DNA of 59,192 bases, filler included. It is 7 parts of 7 records of this genome, joined end to end, with 100 filler letters (N's around TTAATTAATTAA, not from the genome) between each part and the next. Parts side by side here need not be neighbours in the genome. Positions count along the whole stretch, not along the records: positions 30,433 to 44,890 come from DRR723986_21325; positions 44,991 to 52,031 come from DRR723986_21336; 5 more parts are not named here. One strand, 5' to 3'. The position numbers were made by a program, and so were the translations under genes. Every line of letters starts with the position of its first letter. Position 1 is the stretch's first letter. This document shows, in pieces, positions 39,423 through 50,462 of the stretch. The notes beneath the pieces are model-generated. The model made no database searches. It saw nothing but the letters and a program-made list of their open reading frames with translations, and was not told the origin of the DNA.

Positions 39423-41252
39423 CTACTCCACCGTCACCGACTTGGCGAGATTGCGCGGCTTGTCGACGTCTGTGCCCTTCTGCACCGCCACATGGTAGGA
39501 CAGCAACTGCAGGGCAACCGTGTAAATGATGGGTGCCATTGGCTCCGGACAACTGGGGACCGGCATCACGTGCACCCGCGGTCCCTCGCTGAACCCGGCC
39601 TCGCGGTCGGCGAATACATACAGTTCACCGCCCCGTGAACGGACCTCTTCAAGGTTAGAGCGCAGTTTTTCCATCAGCTCATCACCAGGGGCCACGGCAA
39701 TCACCGGCATATCATCATCTACCAGCGCCAGCGGCCCATGCTTCAATTCACCCGCGGCGTAGGCCTCCGCGTGAATATAGGAAATCTCCTTGAGCTTCAG
39801 TGCGCCTTCCATGGCCACGGGGTAGTGGGCCCCCCGGCCTAGGAATAAAGCATGATGCTTCTGGATGAATGCTTCCGCCATCAGCTTGATGGCATCGTCC
39901 AGGGCGAGGGTCTCCTGCACCAGATCGGGCAGCGCATGCAGCGCTTCCACCAGCTGACTGGCGGTGTCCTCGGTCATACTATGGCGGCGGCCCAGTACCA
40001 CGGTGAGCATCATGAAGGCGACCAGCTGGGTGGTAAATGCCTTGGTTGAAGCGACGCCGATCTCGGCACCGGCCCTGGTAAGGAATACCAGCTCGCTTTC
40101 CCTGACCAGGGAGCTGTTGTCGACGTTGGCGATCGCCAGCCTGCCGACGAAGGCGTCATCGCGGGCATCGCGCAACGCGGCCAATGTGTCTGCCGTTTCA
40201 CCTGACTGGGACACGGTTACCAGCAGGGTTCCCGGATGATGGGCGCGGCGTCGATAACGAAATTCCGAGGCGATCTCGACCTCACAGGGAATCCCGGCCA
40301 GACCTTCAAGCCAGTAGCGCGCCACCAGTCCCGAGTGATAGCTGGTGCCGCAGGCAACGATCTGCACATTTTTTACCTGGTCGAAGATCTGCGCCGCATT
40401 GGCACCAAAAACCTCGTCTGCGATCTGGTGACCACCAGCCGCCGCAAAGGTTTGCGCCAGGGCACGCGGCTGCTCGTAGATTTCCTTCAACATGTAATGG
40501 TCGAAATTACCCAGTTCGACCGACTCCACCTCGGCGGAGATCGTGTTGATATTGCGCTCCACGATCAGGCCGTTGACGTCCCAGACCTGGATCGCGGAAG
40601 GGCTGATCAACACCACATCACCCTCTTCCAGGTACACGAAGCGGTCCGTCACCTGGCGCAGGGCGAGCTGGTCCGAGGCGAGGAAGTTTTCACCGATGCC
40701 AACACCAATCACCAGTGGACTGCCTTCCCGCGCGGCTACGACCTGCTCGGGGTTTTCGCAATCGACCGCAGCAAGCGCATAGGCGCCCTGAAGCCGTCCC
40801 ACCGCATGTTGCATTGACTCGACGAGCGTCTTGCCCGTCACCAGCTGCTGGTGCAACAGGTGCACCACCACCTCGGTGTCGGTAGCGGAGGAAAATTCAT
40901 AGCCCTCGGCGCTGAGCTCTTCCCGCAGGGCGGCATGGTTCTCGATGATCCCGTTGTGGACCAGGGCAACCCGCTGTCCGGAAACATGGGGGTGGGCATT
41001 GGCGGCAGAGGGTTCGCCGTGGGTAGCCCAGCGGGTATGGGCGATGCCGGTACAGCCGAGGATGGGCTGCAGGCGTTGTGCGTCCTCCAGCCGGCTGACC
41101 TTACCCTGCTGCTTGTGCAGCTGGAGCTGCTGCTCATTATTGACCAGCGCCATGCCCGCAGAATCGTAACCGCGGTACTCCAACCGACGCAGCCCTTCCA
41201 GCAGGATCTCCGATACTTCTCGCCGCGCCGCCGCGGCTACGATGCCACACAT
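39423..41252 (-). CDS. glmS: Glutamine-fructose-6-phosphate aminotransferase
   Basis: MCGIV, LEYRGYDSAG, HTRWATHG, SQSGETADT, PRNLAKSVTVE. Confidence 0.97.
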   Translation of the reverse strand: MCGIVAAAARREVSEILLEGLRRLEYRGYDSAGMALVNNEQQLQLHKQQGKVSRLEDAQRLQPILGCTGIAHTRWATHGEPSAANAHPHVSGQRVALVHNGIIENHAALREELSAEGYEFSSATDTEVVVHLLHQQLVTGKTLVESMQHAVGRLQGAYALAAVDCENPEQVVAAREGSPLVIGVGIGENFLASDQLALRQVTDRFVYLEEGDVVLISPSAIQVWDVNGLIVERNINTISAEVESVELGNFDHYMLKEIYEQPRALAQTFAAAGGHQIADEVFGANAAQIFDQVKNVQIVACGTSYHSGLVARYWLEGLAGIPCEVEIASEFRYRRRAHHPGTLLVTVSQSGETADTLAALRDARDDAFVGRLAIANVDNSSLVRESELVFLTRAGAEIGVASTKAFTTQLVAFMMLTVVLGRRHSMTEDTASQLVEALHALPDLVQETLALDDAIKLMAEAFIQKHHALFLGRGAHYPVAMEGALKLKEISYIHAEAYAAGELKHGPLALVDDDMPVIAVAPGDELMEKLRSNLEEVRSRGGELYVFADREAGFSEGPRVHVMPVPSCPEPMAPIIYTVALQLLSYHVAVQKGTDVDKPRNLAKSVTVE

Positions 41253-41255
41253 GCC

Positions 41256-42632
41256 CTAGTGCTCTCCCTGCTCATTCTTGCGGTCCGGGCGCCGCCAGCC
41301 ATCGATATTGCGCTGCTTGCCGCGGCCTACCGCCAGCTGGCCCTGCTTTATGTTCCGGGTCACAGTCGACCCGGCGGCAACGAAGCCTTCATTTTCAATG
41401 GTCAGCGGTGCGACCAGGGTGCTGTTGGACCCGACAAAGACCCCGTCACCGATCTGCGTCCGGTGTTTGTTAACACCATCGTAGTTGCAGGTGATGGTGC
41501 CGGCGCCGATGTTGACTCCATCGCCCATTTCGCAGTCCCCGATATAGGCCAGGTGATTGGCCTTGCTGCCCAGGCCGATCGCCGCATTCTTGGTTTCCAC
41601 AAAATTACCAATTCGCGCACCGTCCGCCAGCCGGGTCCCCGGGCGCAGCCGCGCGTAGGGTCCCACACTGCAGTGAGCGCCCACTTTCGCGTCGTCCAGG
41701 CTGCTCATGGCATGGACGCTTGTCCCCACGCCAACGGTACAATCGCGCAACACGCAATTGGGGCCGACCTGCACACCATCAGCCAGCTCGACACGCCCCT
41801 CGAAGACCACGTTCACGTCGATGGACACATCCTGGCCGCAAACCAGTTCACCACGGATGTCGAGGCGGCCAGCATCAGCGATGGAAACACCCGCCCGCAT
41901 CAGGTCCTCGGCTTGCCGCCGCTGGTATTCGCGCTCGACCCGGTTCAGCTGGACCCGGTCATTGACGCCGAGAATATCGATTTCGGACGGCGCCGCGATG
42001 CTGGCCACCGTGTGACCCTCCGCCACAGCCAGGGCCAGGATGTCAGGCAGGTAGTACTCGCCCTGCTTATTGTCATTGCCGACCGCCGGCAGGTAACGGA
42101 GAAAATCCCGGGCCGGCGCAGCCATGACCCCGGTATTGATTTCGTCGATGGCCTGCTGCCCGGGGTTCGCGTCCTTCTGCTCCACAACACCCGTGAGTTC
42201 CCCCGCCGGGTCCCGCAGGATACGGCCGTAACCCGCGGGATCAGCAACCACTGCCGTAAGCAAAGCCGGGCCATTTTCTGCCAGGGCCACCAGGGAGGCC
42301 AGCGTGGCCTCCGGAATCAGCGGCACGTCGCCATACAGCACCAGCACACAGCTGGCCTCCCCAACCGCAGGCAGGGCCTGCAATACGGCGTGACCGGTGC
42401 CGAGCTGTTCGGCTTGCTCCACCCAGTTGATAGCGTAATCACCCAGCGCCTGCTGCACCGCCGCGGCGCCGTGCCCGACCACCACATGCAGGGCAGTGGG
42501 ATCCAGACGCAGGGCGGTGCGCACGACGTGCTCAAGCATGGGCCTGCCGGCAACCGGGTGCAGCACTTTAGGTAAGGCAGAGCGCATTCGAGTGCCCTGG
42601 CCAGCGGCCAGGATGATGATTTCTAATTTCAT
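41256..42632 (-). CDS. glmU: UDP-GlcNAc pyrophosphorylase/GlcN-1-P acetyltransferase
   Basis: ILAAGQGTRM..PKVLH, GEYYL, hexapeptide repeats, NYDG. Confidence 0.97.
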   Translation of the reverse strand: MKLEIIILAAGQGTRMRSALPKVLHPVAGRPMLEHVVRTALRLDPTALHVVVGHGAAAVQQALGDYAINWVEQAEQLGTGHAVLQALPAVGEASCVLVLYGDVPLIPEATLASLVALAENGPALLTAVVADPAGYGRILRDPAGELTGVVEQKDANPGQQAIDEINTGVMAAPARDFLRYLPAVGNDNKQGEYYLPDILALAVAEGHTVASIAAPSEIDILGVNDRVQLNRVEREYQRRQAEDLMRAGVSIADAGRLDIRGELVCGQDVSIDVNVVFEGRVELADGVQVGPNCVLRDCTVGVGTSVHAMSSLDDAKVGAHCSVGPYARLRPGTRLADGARIGNFVETKNAAIGLGSKANHLAYIGDCEMGDGVNIGAGTITCNYDGVNKHRTQIGDGVFVGSNSTLVAPLTIENEGFVAAGSTVTRNIKQGQLAVGRGKQRNIDGWRRPDRKNEQGEH

Positions 42633-42667
42633 AGTGAGCACTTACAAGCTTTGGCCGCGAGGCCGCG

Positions 42668-42759
42668 TGTCAGAGTTTTTTTGACATTATTGTCGCTATA
42701 AGCGCATATTATCGAAGCATTTTCTCAACTCAACGGCTTTTGTCACAAAATAAATGACA
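42668..42759. promoter_or_regulatory. Two TGTCA-N9-TGACA palindromes (candidate operators)
   Basis: TGTCA-GAGTTTTTT-TGACA (42668-42686, overlapping TTGACA) and TGTCA-CAAAATAAA-TGACA (42741-42759, overlapping the TrmB ATG). Confidence 0.65.
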
Positions 42760-43503
42760 ACAAACAAGCTCGACAGCCTAACCCAGCTGGGCTTGGACCA
42801 GCGCGAAATCACCATCTACCAGGCACTGCTGAAACTGGGCCCGGCCTCGATCCGGGATGTGGCAGCGGAATCCGCCATCAACCGCGGCTCCACCTACGAA
42901 ACCCTGAAGCGCCTGGCCGCCAAGGGCGTGGTGAGTTATTTCCCCAAGGGCCGGCGCCGGGTGTTCCAGGCCGAGGATCCGGAGCGCCTGCTGGTGCTGG
43001 GGGAGAGCCGCCAGCAAGCGCTCAGCCAGGCAATGGAGCAACTGCGCACCGAGGTCATTCCCGCCCTGAAACAAACCCAGACCGAGTTCAGCCCGGGCAA
43101 CGTCCGCTTCTATGAAGGGGATGACGGGGTCGAGCTGGCACTGCGGGATATCCTCGACACAGCCGCAGCCAGCACCCAGCGTAGCTATGCCGTGATCTCC
43201 ACCAAGACCCTGCGTGAACACCTCTACCGGCCGTTCCCGAATTTTACCCGCCAGCGGGTGGGGCGCGGAATCAAGGTCCGGGTAATTGCGGTAGGCGAGG
43301 GCGGTGATGAAGCAGAACTGGCGGAGCGCAAATGGCTGGCGGCGCCGGAGGCGGCCGACGCCTCCTATATCGCGATCTATCCTCCCAAGGTTGCAATGAT
43401 TACCCTGGCCAGCCAGAACTACCCGGTGGTGGTGATCATCGACTCGCCGGCGATTGCCTCTACCCAGCAGCTGCTGTTCGATACCCTGTGGGGCTTGCTG
43501 TAG
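42754..43503 (+). CDS. TrmB-family transcriptional regulator
   Basis: LGL..EITIY.ALL..G...I.R.STYE.LK.L..KG.V wHTH; VRFYEG and FDTLW C-terminal domain. Confidence 0.85.
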   Translation: MTTNKLDSLTQLGLDQREITIYQALLKLGPASIRDVAAESAINRGSTYETLKRLAAKGVVSYFPKGRRRVFQAEDPERLLVLGESRQQALSQAMEQLRTEVIPALKQTQTEFSPGNVRFYEGDDGVELALRDILDTAAASTQRSYAVISTKTLREHLYRPFPNFTRQRVGRGIKVRVIAVGEGGDEAELAERKWLAAPEAADASYIAIYPPKVAMITLASQNYPVVVIIDSPAIASTQQLLFDTLWGLL

Positions 43504-43528
43504 GGCGCGAGCGCCAATAGCCGGGCAC

Positions 43529-43554
43529 AAAAAACCCCGGACAGGCCGGGGTTT
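43529..43554 (-). terminator. atp operon terminator (possibly bidirectional)
   Basis: AAAAAACCCCGG-ACAGG-CCGGGGTTT. Confidence 0.8.
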
Positions 43555-43578
43555 GGCGCGCTCAGTAGCGGGTAGGCC

Positions 43579-44007
43579 TTAGCCGCGGCCCGCGCGGTTT
43601 TTCATCTTGCGCAGCGTTGCGAGCTGGGCGGCAGCTTCAGCCAGCTGTGCTGAGGCGCGGCCGTAGTCGAAGTCGCCGCTCTGGTTGGCCAGCGCGTGCT
43701 CGGCTTCCTTACGGGCCTCCTCTGCAGCGGCCTCGTCGACGTCATCGGCGCGCAGCGCCGTGTCGGCAAGAATGGAGACCACGCCCGGCTGCACTTCGAG
43801 GAAGCCGCCGGAAACGTAATACACCTCTTCGTCACCGTGCTGGGTCACGATCCGCACCGGGCCGGGAACCAGGGAAGTCAGCAGTGGCGCGTGACCATAG
43901 CCAACGCCCAGCTCACCCATGTCCCCGGTGGCGACCAGCATCTCGACCAGGCCAGAGAAGATTTCCTCCTCGGCGCTGACGATGTCGCAGTGAATGGTCA
44001 TTGCCAT
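43579..44007 (-). CDS. atpC: ATP synthase epsilon subunit
   Basis: DIVSAE, GELG...[18 protein letters not shown]. Confidence 0.95.
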   Translation of the reverse strand: MAMTIHCDIVSAEEEIFSGLVEMLVATGDMGELGVGYGHAPLLTSLVPGPVRIVTQHGDEEVYYVSGGFLEVQPGVVSILADTALRADDVDEAAAEEARKEAEHALANQSGDFDYGRASAQLAEAAAQLATLRKMKNRAGRG

Positions 44008-44031
44008 AGTGTTAGGCCTCGTTTGCCCGCA

Positions 44032-44890
<859 letters not shown>

Positions 44891-44990
44891 NNNNNNNNNN
44901 NNNNNNNNNNNNNNNNNNNNNNNNNNNNNNNNNNTTAATTAATTAANNNNNNNNNNNNNNNNNNNNNNNNNNNNNNNNNNNNNNNNNNNN
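44891..44990. other. Artificial contig spacer
   Basis: N-run + TTAATTAATTAA + N-run. Confidence 0.98.
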
Positions 44991-44991
44991 G

Positions 44992-45261
44992 ACCAACCAC
45001 GAAGAAAGCCAGCCCTGCCACTTGCAGTTGGGCGATCCCAGTGTTCCGATCAACGTCAACCTGCCCAAATATGCCGAGCCTGCGCAGCGCTATTGCCCAG
45101 CTGGCGTATACGAAATCGTTGAAAAAGACGGCACGCCTGAGTTTGTGGTGAACTTCCAGAACTGCGTGCACTGCAAAACATGTGACATCAAAGATCCAAG
45201 CCAGAACATCACCTGGGTTACACCGCAGGGTGGCGACGGACCGAATTATCCGAACATGTAA
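44992..45261 (+). CDS. ETF-ubiquinone oxidoreductase, C-terminal 4Fe-4S part
   Basis: [37 protein letters not shown]. Confidence 0.93.
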   Translation, partial: TNHEESQPCHLQLGDPSVPINVNLPKYAEPAQRYCPAGVYEIVEKDGTPEFVVNFQNCVHCKTCDIKDPSQNITWVTPQGGDGPNYPNM

Positions 45262-45361
45262 GCAAGAATCCGGCAATGGCGCGCTCGTGAAGGGTGTGCC
45301 ATTGCCTCTTTGCCACTGACGCCCTAGCTTATCTAAAAGCAGATGAGAAAAGGCAGGCAGT

Positions 45362-47080
45362 TTGGTGTTTTCCCTAGTCCAACGCGCGGCGATTGCCGCG
45401 ATTGCAGTTACTTTGGCATTGCCCAGCACGGGTTCGGCCCAATCTGGGGCTGGGGCGTATCTCGCAGGCCGACAGGCCGCCTATGACAGCGATTTCGCTG
45501 CGGCTGCCCTTTATTATGCACGTGTTCTGGGGATGGATCCCAGCAATCCAAAATTAATGGAAGATTTGGCCGCTGCACAGCTGTCGTCAGGGCAGGTGCT
45601 GCGGGCGCTGCCAGTTGCGCAAAAAATCGAATCTGATGGTCTGCGCAGCCAGGTGGCCCATTTGATCGTGGTGGCCAATCTTTTTGCGGACAAGAAATAC
45701 GATACAGTACTTGCGCGGGATCTCGAAAAATTCGGGGTCGGACCGCTGGTCGACGGGCTATTGATTGGCTGGGCCCACATGGGCGCTGGGTCTGTTGCCA
45801 AAGCTTTGGCGCAGTTTGATATCGTTGCGGACCAAAATGGGCTGCGGGGATTTGCGATGTATCACAAGGCCTTGGCTCTGGCCTCGGTCGGCGATTATGA
45901 GGGGGCCGAGGCCCTGTTTGCGGCGGATGACGGGGCGCTGACAACCATATCGCGTCGAGCGGTGCTGGCGCGCGTTGAAATCCTGTCGCAGCTGGATCAG
46001 AACGTCAAAGCCCGCGAAATCATGACGGATGTCTTTGTAGGGCGTTCCGATCCGGCTTTGATTTCGGTCACCGATCGTCTGACAGCAGGAGAGAAACTGC
46101 CCTTCACACAGGTGCGTTCGGTTCAGGATGGCGCGGCCGAAGTGTTTTTCTCGATCGGTGCGGCGCTGAACAACGAAGCGGCTGATGACTATACACTGCT
46201 GTATGCGCGGGCTGCGAACTTTCTGCGTCCCGACCACATTGATTCGCTGCTGTTGAGCGCTGAGTTGCTCGACAATCTGGGACAATACGAACTGGCGGTT
46301 GCCAGCTATCGCCAAGTGCCTCGGGACAGCTTGGACCATCACGCCGCTGAACTGGGTCGCGCCGAAGCATTGCGTCGCGCGGCCAAGCCGGACGCGGCTG
46401 TCGAAGTCTTGCAGCAACTGTCACTTGAATACCCATCGATGGCCTCGGTGCATTCTGCGCTTGGGGATCTGCTGCGACAGCAAGAGGAATATCAAGACGC
46501 GGTGAACGCCTATGACAAAGCGCTGAGCCTCACGGAAGAGGGCGCTCCGGCGCAGTGGTTTCTGCATTATGCCCGTGGGATCAGCCATGAGCGGTTGAAA
46601 AACTGGGACAAAAGCGAGGCGGATCTGCGCCAAGCCCTGGAACTGAATCCCGAACAGCCACAGGTCTTGAACTATCTGGGTTATTCGATGGTTGAAAAGC
46701 AGGTCAATCTGGATGAGGCGCTTGAGATGATCGAACGGGCCGTCGCGGCGCGTCCGGAAAGCGGCTATATCGTGGATAGCCTTGGCTGGGTTTTGTTCCG
46801 TCTTGGGCGGTATTCCGAAGCCGTTGCGCATATGGAAAAGGCGGTTGAATTGATGCCCGTTGATCCGGTGGTCAATGACCATTTGGGCGACGTCTATTGG
46901 GCTGTGGGGCGTATCCGCGAGGCCGAGTTCCAGTGGAGCCGCGCCCTGTCGTTTGTGAAACCCGAAGACACCGATGGCGAAGCCGATCCCGAACGTATTC
47001 GGCGCAAGCTGGATGTGGGCTTGGACGCTGTCTTGGCGGATGAAGGTGCAGACCCCCTAAAGGTCGCCAATGACGGTTGA
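45362..47080 (+). CDS. Tetratricopeptide repeat protein
   Basis: Signal peptide; TPRs with VLNYLGY, DSLGW, DHLGD; overlaps the ispE start. Confidence 0.9.
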   Translation: MVFSLVQRAAIAAIAVTLALPSTGSAQSGAGAYLAGRQAAYDSDFAAAALYYARVLGMDPSNPKLMEDLAAAQLSSGQVLRALPVAQKIESDGLRSQVAHLIVVANLFADKKYDTVLARDLEKFGVGPLVDGLLIGWAHMGAGSVAKALAQFDIVADQNGLRGFAMYHKALALASVGDYEGAEALFAADDGALTTISRRAVLARVEILSQLDQNVKAREIMTDVFVGRSDPALISVTDRLTAGEKLPFTQVRSVQDGAAEVFFSIGAALNNEAADDYTLLYARAANFLRPDHIDSLLLSAELLDNLGQYELAVASYRQVPRDSLDHHAAELGRAEALRRAAKPDAAVEVLQQLSLEYPSMASVHSALGDLLRQQEEYQDAVNAYDKALSLTEEGAPAQWFLHYARGISHERLKNWDKSEADLRQALELNPEQPQVLNYLGYSMVEKQVNLDEALEMIERAVAARPESGYIVDSLGWVLFRLGRYSEAVAHMEKAVELMPVDPVVNDHLGDVYWAVGRIREAEFQWSRALSFVKPEDTDGEADPERIRRKLDVGLDAVLADEGADPLKVANDG

Positions 47081-47918
47081 GGTCTTTGCACCCGCCAAAA
47101 TCAACCTGACTTTGCATGTGACCGGCCAACGATCCGATGGATACCATCTGTTGGATTCGTTGGTGGTTTTTGCCGATGTCGGTGATCGCGTTACCCTGAC
47201 TAAAGCCGCCGAGACGCGGCTTGAGGTGGCTGGGCCGTGTTCTGCTGGGGTACCTGCGGATGGGCGCAATCTGGTTGTGAAAGCGGCGCAGCTTATGGGC
47301 GTTACCCCAGATATCCAGCTGCACAAGAACCTACCTGCGGCGGCTGGGATCGGTGGCGGATCTTCGGATGCGGCGGCGACGCTGATCGGGTTAAGCCAGC
47401 TTTATGGCATGCCTCTGCCCGCGACCGAGGCGGTGTTGTCTCTGGGTGCGGATGTCCCGTTGTGCCTAAAGCGTGGTTTGGTCAGGATGCAGGGGATTGG
47501 CGAACAACTGACCGAAGTTAAGCCTGCACCGGATATGCATCTTGTAATGGTCAACCCTCGGGTCGAGGTTCCAACGCCAGTGGTGTTCAAAGCCTTGGAT
47601 TGCAAAGAGAACCCGGCGATGGACTGGCCTATGGAGGCAGAGGGTTGGGTATCTTGGGTCGCAAATCAACGCAATGATCTAGAGGCGCCCGCTGTGTCGG
47701 CAGAACCTGTGATCGCGGATGTTTTGGATATATTGCGGGGGCGACCCGGATGTCGTCTGGCTCGCATGTCGGGGTCTGGGGCAACCTGTTTTGCAATTAT
47801 GGATGATGCCCAGACCCAGAAAAACGCAGTGGCACACATAAAAACGGCCCATCCAGATTGGTGGGCCGTTGCATGTCAGACGTTGTCTGGTGATCAGTTC
47901 AGGCGCGAAACCACATAG
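47070..47918 (+). CDS. ispE: 4-diphosphocytidyl-2C-methyl-D-erythritol kinase
   Basis: APAKINL, GIGGGSSDAA, LGADVP, RMSGSG. Confidence 0.95.
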   Translation: MTVEVFAPAKINLTLHVTGQRSDGYHLLDSLVVFADVGDRVTLTKAAETRLEVAGPCSAGVPADGRNLVVKAAQLMGVTPDIQLHKNLPAAAGIGGGSSDAAATLIGLSQLYGMPLPATEAVLSLGADVPLCLKRGLVRMQGIGEQLTEVKPAPDMHLVMVNPRVEVPTPVVFKALDCKENPAMDWPMEAEGWVSWVANQRNDLEAPAVSAEPVIADVLDILRGRPGCRLARMSGSGATCFAIMDDAQTQKNAVAHIKTAHPDWWAVACQTLSGDQFRRETT

Positions 47919-48895
47919 TCGGCAAGATCGCTGAGCATGGTGCGGATTTCTCCGTCGGGCAGGGTCTCCAAAGACATCTTGGCCTTGGCGGCCCAGTCGG
48001 TGGCATCAGTGCGTGTTGCGTCGAAGGTGCCGTATTTGTTCATCAGCTCCAAAGCGTGCTCTAGATCGCCCTCGTCCTGACGCCCTTTTTCAATGGTTCG
48101 CTCCCAAAACGTGCGTTCTTCGGCTGTGGCCTGTGCGACCGCTTTGATCACGGGCAGGGTCAGTTTGCGCTCGCGGAAGTCATCGCCAACGTTCTTTCCG
48201 GTTGTTTTCGCATCGCCCTGATAGTCCAGCAGGTCATCGGCAATCTGAAAGGCGATTCCTAAGGCATCCCCATAATCAAACAAAGCTTGCACTTGCGATT
48301 CCGGAGCGTCGGCAATAACGCCACCCACTTGCATCGCCGCTGAAAACAGCGCTGCGGTCTTGCCGCGTACAATTTGCAGATAAACTGCTTCGTCTGTGCG
48401 TAAATCTTGCGCCGCTGTCATTTGCAGCACTTCGCCCTCGGCGATGGTTGCCGAAGCGTTGGCCAGAATATCCAGCACCCGCAGGCTGCCGGTTTCCACC
48501 ATCAACTGAAAACTGCGGGAAAACAGATAATCGCCAACCAGAACCGAGGATTTGTTATCCCACAACAGATTCGCAGTTGGACGCCCCCGGCGTTGCCCGC
48601 TTTCGTCCACAACATCATCGTGGAGCAAGGTCGCCGTGTGAATGAACTCTACCGTTGCGGCGAGCCGCACATGGTGTTCGCCCTTATATCCACACAGACG
48701 TGCAGCGGCCAAGGTCAGCATGGGGCGCAGACGCTTTCCGCCTGCTTCGACCAAGTGGGCGGTTACTTCGGGGATACGCGGCGCGTGTTCCGATGCCATC
48801 CGTGTCCGGATCAGCTCATTTACAGCGGCCATTTCCCCCTCAAGGGTGGCTGCCAAACGCTCATGCGGTTTTGAGATCGTGCTGCTGTCCATCAC
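47894..48895 (-). CDS. ispB: Long-chain polyprenyl diphosphate synthase
   Basis: GGKRLRP, LLHDDVVD, FQIADDLLD, GKNVGDD. Confidence 0.9.
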   Translation of the reverse strand: MMDSSTISKPHERLAATLEGEMAAVNELIRTRMASEHAPRIPEVTAHLVEAGGKRLRPMLTLAAARLCGYKGEHHVRLAATVEFIHTATLLHDDVVDESGQRRGRPTANLLWDNKSSVLVGDYLFSRSFQLMVETGSLRVLDILANASATIAEGEVLQMTAAQDLRTDEAVYLQIVRGKTAALFSAAMQVGGVIADAPESQVQALFDYGDALGIAFQIADDLLDYQGDAKTTGKNVGDDFRERKLTLPVIKAVAQATAEERTFWERTIEKGRQDEGDLEHALELMNKYGTFDATRTDATDWAAKAKMSLETLPDGEIRTMLSDLADYVVSRLN

Positions 48896-48948
48896 ACTCC
48901 TGATACAAGGGTCGACATTTGCCCCCCCTTGCCCTTACATCCGTCTTT

Positions 48949-49164
48949 ATGAAGGAACTTTTGCGCAGCACCGATCCGACCATCATGGCCTTTGCATCCG
49001 CCCTTCTTGAGGGCGAGGATATAGACTGCTTTCAGATGGACGTAAATATGAGCATCCTAGAAGGTGGTATCGGATTGTTTCCGCGCCGCATGATGGTGCG
49101 TGTCGATGATTATGACCGTGCGGTGATTGTGATGCGAGATAACGAAATCCCGTTGGGCAAGTGA
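48949..49164 (+). CDS. DUF2007 family protein
   Basis: MKELLRS..P....ALL..E.I...D..MSILEG pattern; typical position next to ispB. Confidence 0.8.
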   Translation: MKELLRSTDPTIMAFASALLEGEDIDCFQMDVNMSILEGGIGLFPRRMMVRVDDYDRAVIVMRDNEIPLGK

Positions 49165-49934
49165 CCCAATTTCAACCTGATGACTTGACCCGGAATGGGT
49201 TCTTGGGCGGGCGCATTCAGTTGTGGCAGCCGCGCAATGGATACCGTGCAGGGGTTGATCCGGTGCTGTTGGCCGCGGCCGTTCCCGCCAAGGCGGGGCA
49301 ATCGGTGCTAGAGCTGGGTTGTGGGGCAGGGGCGGCGATTCTAGCCCTGCACGGCCGCGTTTCTGGCCTGCACTTGCAGGGGGTCGAGCTACAGTCAGCC
49401 TATGCTGATCTGGGGCAGCGAAACGGGGCTGAGAACGATGCTGATCTGACGGTGACCTGCTGTGATCTTACATCTCTGCCGCCAGAGCTGCGACAGATGC
49501 AATTTGACCATGTGATTGCTAACCCGCCCTACTATCGTGCTGGTGCGCACAGCGGTGCAGTTGATGCGGGGCGACGCACTGCTTTGGGTGAGCAGACACC
49601 GCTTGCCCTTTGGGTTGAAGTGGCCGCGCGTCGGCTTGCCCCCAAAGGGTATCTGCACATGATCCAAAGAACGGACCGCTTGCCCGAGATTTTGATGGCC
49701 TGCGAGGGGCATTTGGGGTCCGTCGAAGTGCTGCCCCTGTGCGCACGTTTGGGCCGTGCTTCGGATCTGGTGATTCTTCGTGCGCGCAAAGGGGGGAAAG
49801 CGGCATTTCGACTGCACGCCCCACTGATTTTACACGAAGGGGCACGGCATGAGAAAGACGGCGAAAGCTATCGTGCTGAGATTCGGTCGATTTTACGGGA
49901 TGGGGCCGCCATGCCTTGGCCTGACGCAGAGTAA
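49161..49934 (+). CDS. tRNA1(Val) A37 N6-methyltransferase-like protein
   Basis: GYRAGVDPVLLA, LELGCGAG, ANPPY. Confidence 0.85.
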   Translation: MTQFQPDDLTRNGFLGGRIQLWQPRNGYRAGVDPVLLAAAVPAKAGQSVLELGCGAGAAILALHGRVSGLHLQGVELQSAYADLGQRNGAENDADLTVTCCDLTSLPPELRQMQFDHVIANPPYYRAGAHSGAVDAGRRTALGEQTPLALWVEVAARRLAPKGYLHMIQRTDRLPEILMACEGHLGSVEVLPLCARLGRASDLVILRARKGGKAAFRLHAPLILHEGARHEKDGESYRAEIRSILRDGAAMPWPDAE

Positions 49935-50046
49935 GCAAGGTTCAGCGCATATGTCGATTTCGTGACAAAATTCGTGCGCCTGCGGCGTGACAGTCGCTTT
50001 TGATTATGCTCAACTTGTCGAGCATCTAATTCAGAGGAGGACTGCC

Positions 50047-50211
50047 ATGAGCCTGAGCTCACACCTGACAGAACTGAAAAGAAAGCATGACAACCTCAGT
50101 AGTGAAGTGGAACAAGCGCAGCGTTCCCCGAGTATTGATGACCTGCATTTGGTGAATCTGAAGAAGCAAAAGCTCAAACTAAAGGAAGAGATTGAGCGAC
50201 TGTCCGTTTAA
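50047..50211 (+). CDS. DUF465/YdcH family protein
   Basis: MSLSSHL.EL..KH..L...LKKQKLKLKEEI; GAGGAGG RBS. Confidence 0.88.
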   Translation: MSLSSHLTELKRKHDNLSSEVEQAQRSPSIDDLHLVNLKKQKLKLKEEIERLSV

Positions 50212-50462
50212 GTAGACAGTATAGCCCGCGCAGCAATTGATGCTTTGCCGGTACTCACAAAGGTCGTGATCGCCAAACCTTAGGTTAGGATGGCGATCCC
50301 GGCCAACCCCAATGTGACAATAGATTTGAGTTTGGCCGCATCGGATTACCTGCCAAACATCTGAGACACCTCGCTGGCTGTCACAGCCCCCCAAAAAAAT
50401 GTTATTGTGCAGAACCCGAGGGCCCAACCCTCGCCATCTGGTATCGCCGGTGCGGAAGATGT

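Noticed and set aside
40851-42575. 574-aa plus-strand ORF and similar long antisense ORFs (4357-5241, 9174-10043, 31987-32937, 36553-37659)
   Set aside because: They are shadows of well-supported genes in GC-rich DNA and have no recognisable motifs
44935-45429. ORFs running into N spacers (also 7004-7297, 30133-30384, 44643-44942, 51848-52087)
   Set aside because: Artefacts of the linker and antisense to real genes
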